A DNA stretch of 36,517 bases, from NCBI GenBank assembly GCA_001871755.1, contig MNXL01000383.1, positions 794-37,310 on the forward strand, written 5' to 3'. Source of the DNA: Anaerolineae bacterium CG2_30_64_16 (GTDB lineage Bacteria > Chloroflexota > Anaerolineae > CG2-30-64-16). Below are positions 34,632 to 36,517 of the stretch, piece after piece. Numbering within the stretch: the stretch's first letter is position 1; every line of letters starts with the position of its first letter. Below the pieces are notes generated by a model. It did not search any database and had not been told where the DNA came from. It worked only from the letters and a program-made list of their open reading frames with translations. Made by a program: the position numbers and the translations under genes.

Positions 34632-35240
34632 TCACATCTCCACCGTCTCCCGCGCGCCCCAGCCCTGGCGCTCGTCGAACAGATCCAGGCGCGCCGGCGT
34701 CACCCGCACCACCAGGTACAGATCGTCCGGCGCGACGGCGGAAGTCCAGCCGGGCAACAGACTGGCCCAGTCGGGCGCGCCGACCGGCTCTGCCGTGCCC
34801 TGGATCTGCAGCCAGCGCAACCCCCCTCTGGTCCCCCCTACCAGGGGGGATGCTTGTGCTGAGCGAAGTCGAAGAGTTGCGGATTGCGGAGCAGTCTGTT
34901 CATCCGAAATCCGAAATCCGAAACGCTGCCCTGAGCCCTTCGACAAGCTCAGGCCAGGCTCTGTCGAAGGGTCCGAAATCTGGCTCGGGATCACCAGCAG
35001 CACGCGCGGGTCCTGTTCCAGTTGGTAGGCCACGTCGGCCCAGCGCGGCGCCAGGCAATCTACCTCCAGCCCGCGCGCCAGATACCGCGCCGGCATGGCC
35101 CACGCGCCCGCCGCGCCGGCGGTGCTGAGGATGCAAACGTCGTGCGCGGCGAGAAACGCGGCCATTTGGGCACGGAGTTGGTCTAACATGAGCCTTGTCC
35201 GGGGGGTAAGCTCGCGACGTCCTGCGCGGTAGTATGACAC
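34632..35240 (-). CDS. Pyridoxamine-5'-phosphate-oxidase-like (FMN-binding split-barrel) family protein carrying an in-frame repeat-derived insertion
   Basis: Flanks fit the PNPOx-like pattern (FLAAHDVCILSTAG...QDPRVLLVI ... LRWLQIQGTAEPV...YLVVRVTPARLDLFDE). The likely true start is the ATG at 35189, because a palindrome covers 35234-35259. Confidence 0.55.
   Translation of the reverse strand: MSYYRAGRRELTPRTRLMLDQLRAQMAAFLAAHDVCILSTAGAAGAWAMPARYLARGLEVDCLAPRWADVAYQLEQDPRVLLVIPSQISDPSTEPGLSLSKGSGQRFGFRISDEQTAPQSATLRLRSAQASPLVGGTRGGLRWLQIQGTAEPVGAPDWASLLPGWTSAVAPDDLYLVVRVTPARLDLFDERQGWGARETVEM
34824..34985. repeat. ~160-bp mosaic of short repeat elements inserted in frame
   Basis: Contains the palindrome TCCCCCCT-ACC-AGGGGGGA (34842-34860), GTTGCG GATTGCG (34876-34888), (TCCGAAA)3 (34903-34923), and the FDKLR-type palindrome CCCTTCGACA..TGTCGAAGGG (34936-34971). 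Confidence 0.6.
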
Positions 35241-35319
35241 CCCGGACGCGGGATGTCATCCCTCGAAAGAGTGATTTCGAGGGGAGGAGGGGACGATGTT
35301 TCGGAGAATCATGGAGTCG

Positions 35320-35351
35320 CGTGCCAGGCGCCGATCAAAGCGCCTGGCACG
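35320..35351. repeat. REP-like palindrome, GTGCCAGGC family (copy 2)
   Basis: CGTGCCAGGCGC / GCGCCTGGCACG 12-bp arms with an 8-nt loop. Adjacent hairpins at 35260-35283 and 35234-35259. Confidence 0.65.
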
Positions 35352-36275
35352 TGATAATCGGATAGGTGCAGGAGCGGCTACGCAATACGCAACCCGTGAT
35401 GAGGCGAGCAGTCCGTGCCCAATCCCAACCTACCTGGAATGCACCTGAATCAAACGTCCACTATCCGGGTCGTAGCGATCCCCGCGCAGGATGTAGAGTC
35501 CATCGTCTGCATCGTAGCGCAGGCCGCGCCAGAGATTGGGGTTGCCCAGGGCGCTGGATTGAGCGCCGCCGTCGAAGATCGGTTTACCAAAAGCCTCGTA
35601 GTCCACGCGCTCCACCACGGCGCCATGGGCATCGGCCAATGCGCGTACGCTGCCGCGGGCGTCGTGCTGGTAGAAGCTGCGTTCGCCGTCGCGTTCCATG
35701 AACAGCCCGCCCACATAGCTGGCGACCAGCGCGTCGTCGTCGTCCCGCTCCTCGATCACCCGGCCGCCGGCGTAGAGATAGCGTTCTGTTGCGTTCTCGA
35801 CCTGTTGACTCACTCTCCGGTTCAGCGCGTCGTAGGTGTGCCGGGTGATGGTCGGAGGCCCAGACGACGTCTGGACGGAGACAGATTGGCTGGCCACGCG
35901 TCCGCTGCCGCCTCCTGCCATCAGCGGCAGGTAGTACGGGGACCAGACCACGTCCGCGGTGCGAACCAGGCGGTTGAAGGCGTCGTACTGATAGAGGTTT
36001 TCGGCATCCAGTCGTAGATTGCCGTTGGCATCGTAAGCCAGCGCCCGGCCGCCGATAGCCGTGTAGCGATTCATGGCATCCACCGTGTAGGGGATCGTCT
36101 GGCCGTTGCGGGTCTCCTGCGTGCGGTTGCCGGCCGGGTCATAAAGGTATTGGGTATTGGATAATGGAGACTGGACAACGATCAGGCGGTAGAGGCTGTC
36201 GTACGTGTAGGTGGTCAGGTGGTTGCCGGGCTGGGTGGTCTCTGTCAAGCGGTTGCCCACCCGGTCGTAGGTGTA

Positions 36276-36296
36276 CTGGAAGCTGGAAACTGGAAG
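36276..36296. repeat. Heptanucleotide tract CTGGAAG CTGGAAA CTGGAAG inside the RHS remnant
   Basis: Read directly. Encodes ..QLPVSSFQ.. on the minus strand. Confidence 0.85.
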
Positions 36297-36437
36297 CTGG
36301 TTAGCGGTCAGGCGGTAGTCGAGGCCGATCAGACGCCGGGCGCCATCGTAGCTGTAGGAGACGTAGGTGCCATTGCCGTTCATGCGGCGCAGGGCCCGCC
36401 AGGGGCCGATGTAGTCGTAGGTGGCCGTGGTCGTTGG

Positions 36438-36470
36438 AAGTGCCAGGCACTTCCGAAGTGCCTGGCACTT
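36438..36470. repeat. REP-like palindrome, GTGCCAGGCAC family (copy 3), inside the RHS gene
   Basis: AAGTGCCAGGCACTT-CCG-AAGTGCCTGGCACTT, 15-bp perfect arms. Confidence 0.85.
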
Positions 36471-36517
36471 GACCACCGGTCACCTGCCCGTTGGCGTCGC
36501 TGCGGAACACCAGGTTG

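Larger units (their letters stand above)
35430..36517 (-). pseudogene. RHS/YD-repeat protein remnant: frame broken by a palindromic element near 36437-36470 and truncated at the core-end motif. Continues beyond the right edge.
   Basis: YD repeats (YTYDRVGNRLTE, YTYDSLYRL, YLYDPAGNRTQE, YDANGNL, YQYDAFNRLV). Core-end region FYQHDARGSVRAL...YEAFGKP...WRGLRYDADDGLYILRGDRYDPDSGRL, then a stop after 6 codons. Upstream of 36470 the YD-like reading (NLVFRSDANGQVTGG) is in a different frame. Confidence 0.7.

Overview
High-GC bacterial window. Gene content, PT-rich linkers and the short-repeat families suggest a Chloroflexota-like organism, but that is inference only. It falls into three blocks.

(1) 1-6254: a NarL-type two-component pair on the minus strand. 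It is divergent from a 1237-aa soluble all-in-one regulator (LacI-type sugar-binding core, GAF-like region, histidine kinase, two receivers, AraC HTH), which is followed by a small pseudo-receiver.

(2) 6459-22495: a ~16-kb co-directional plus-strand transport and catabolic cluster. It holds a family-5 SBP, a DppBCDF-like importer, two tandem paralogous unknown proteins, a CapA-like protein, an aldo/keto reductase, two enolase-superfamily enzymes, an intracellular GH28 and a tartrate/isopropylmalate-type dehydrogenase. A heterodimeric ABC exporter pair follows at 22615-26216.

(3) 26426-36517: a minus-strand accessory block. It contains a CARDB fragment, a PT-rich SdrD-B-like protein, an FG-GAP + beta-helix protein split by a frameshift, a 752-aa fibre-like repeat protein, a PNPOx-like gene and a decayed RHS/YD gene.

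The most unusual signal is a set of short repeat families: (N)ATTGCG-type and other heptanucleotide tracts, GTGCCAGGCAC palindromes, G/C-rich palindromes, FDKLR-type elements and one MITE-like element. They sit in spacers and also inside ORFs. Some preserve the reading frame, including at homologous sites of two surface-protein paralogs. At least one breaks a frame: removing 34 nt restores the RHS reading frame. Many long ORFs in the track are antisense GC shadows and were not called.
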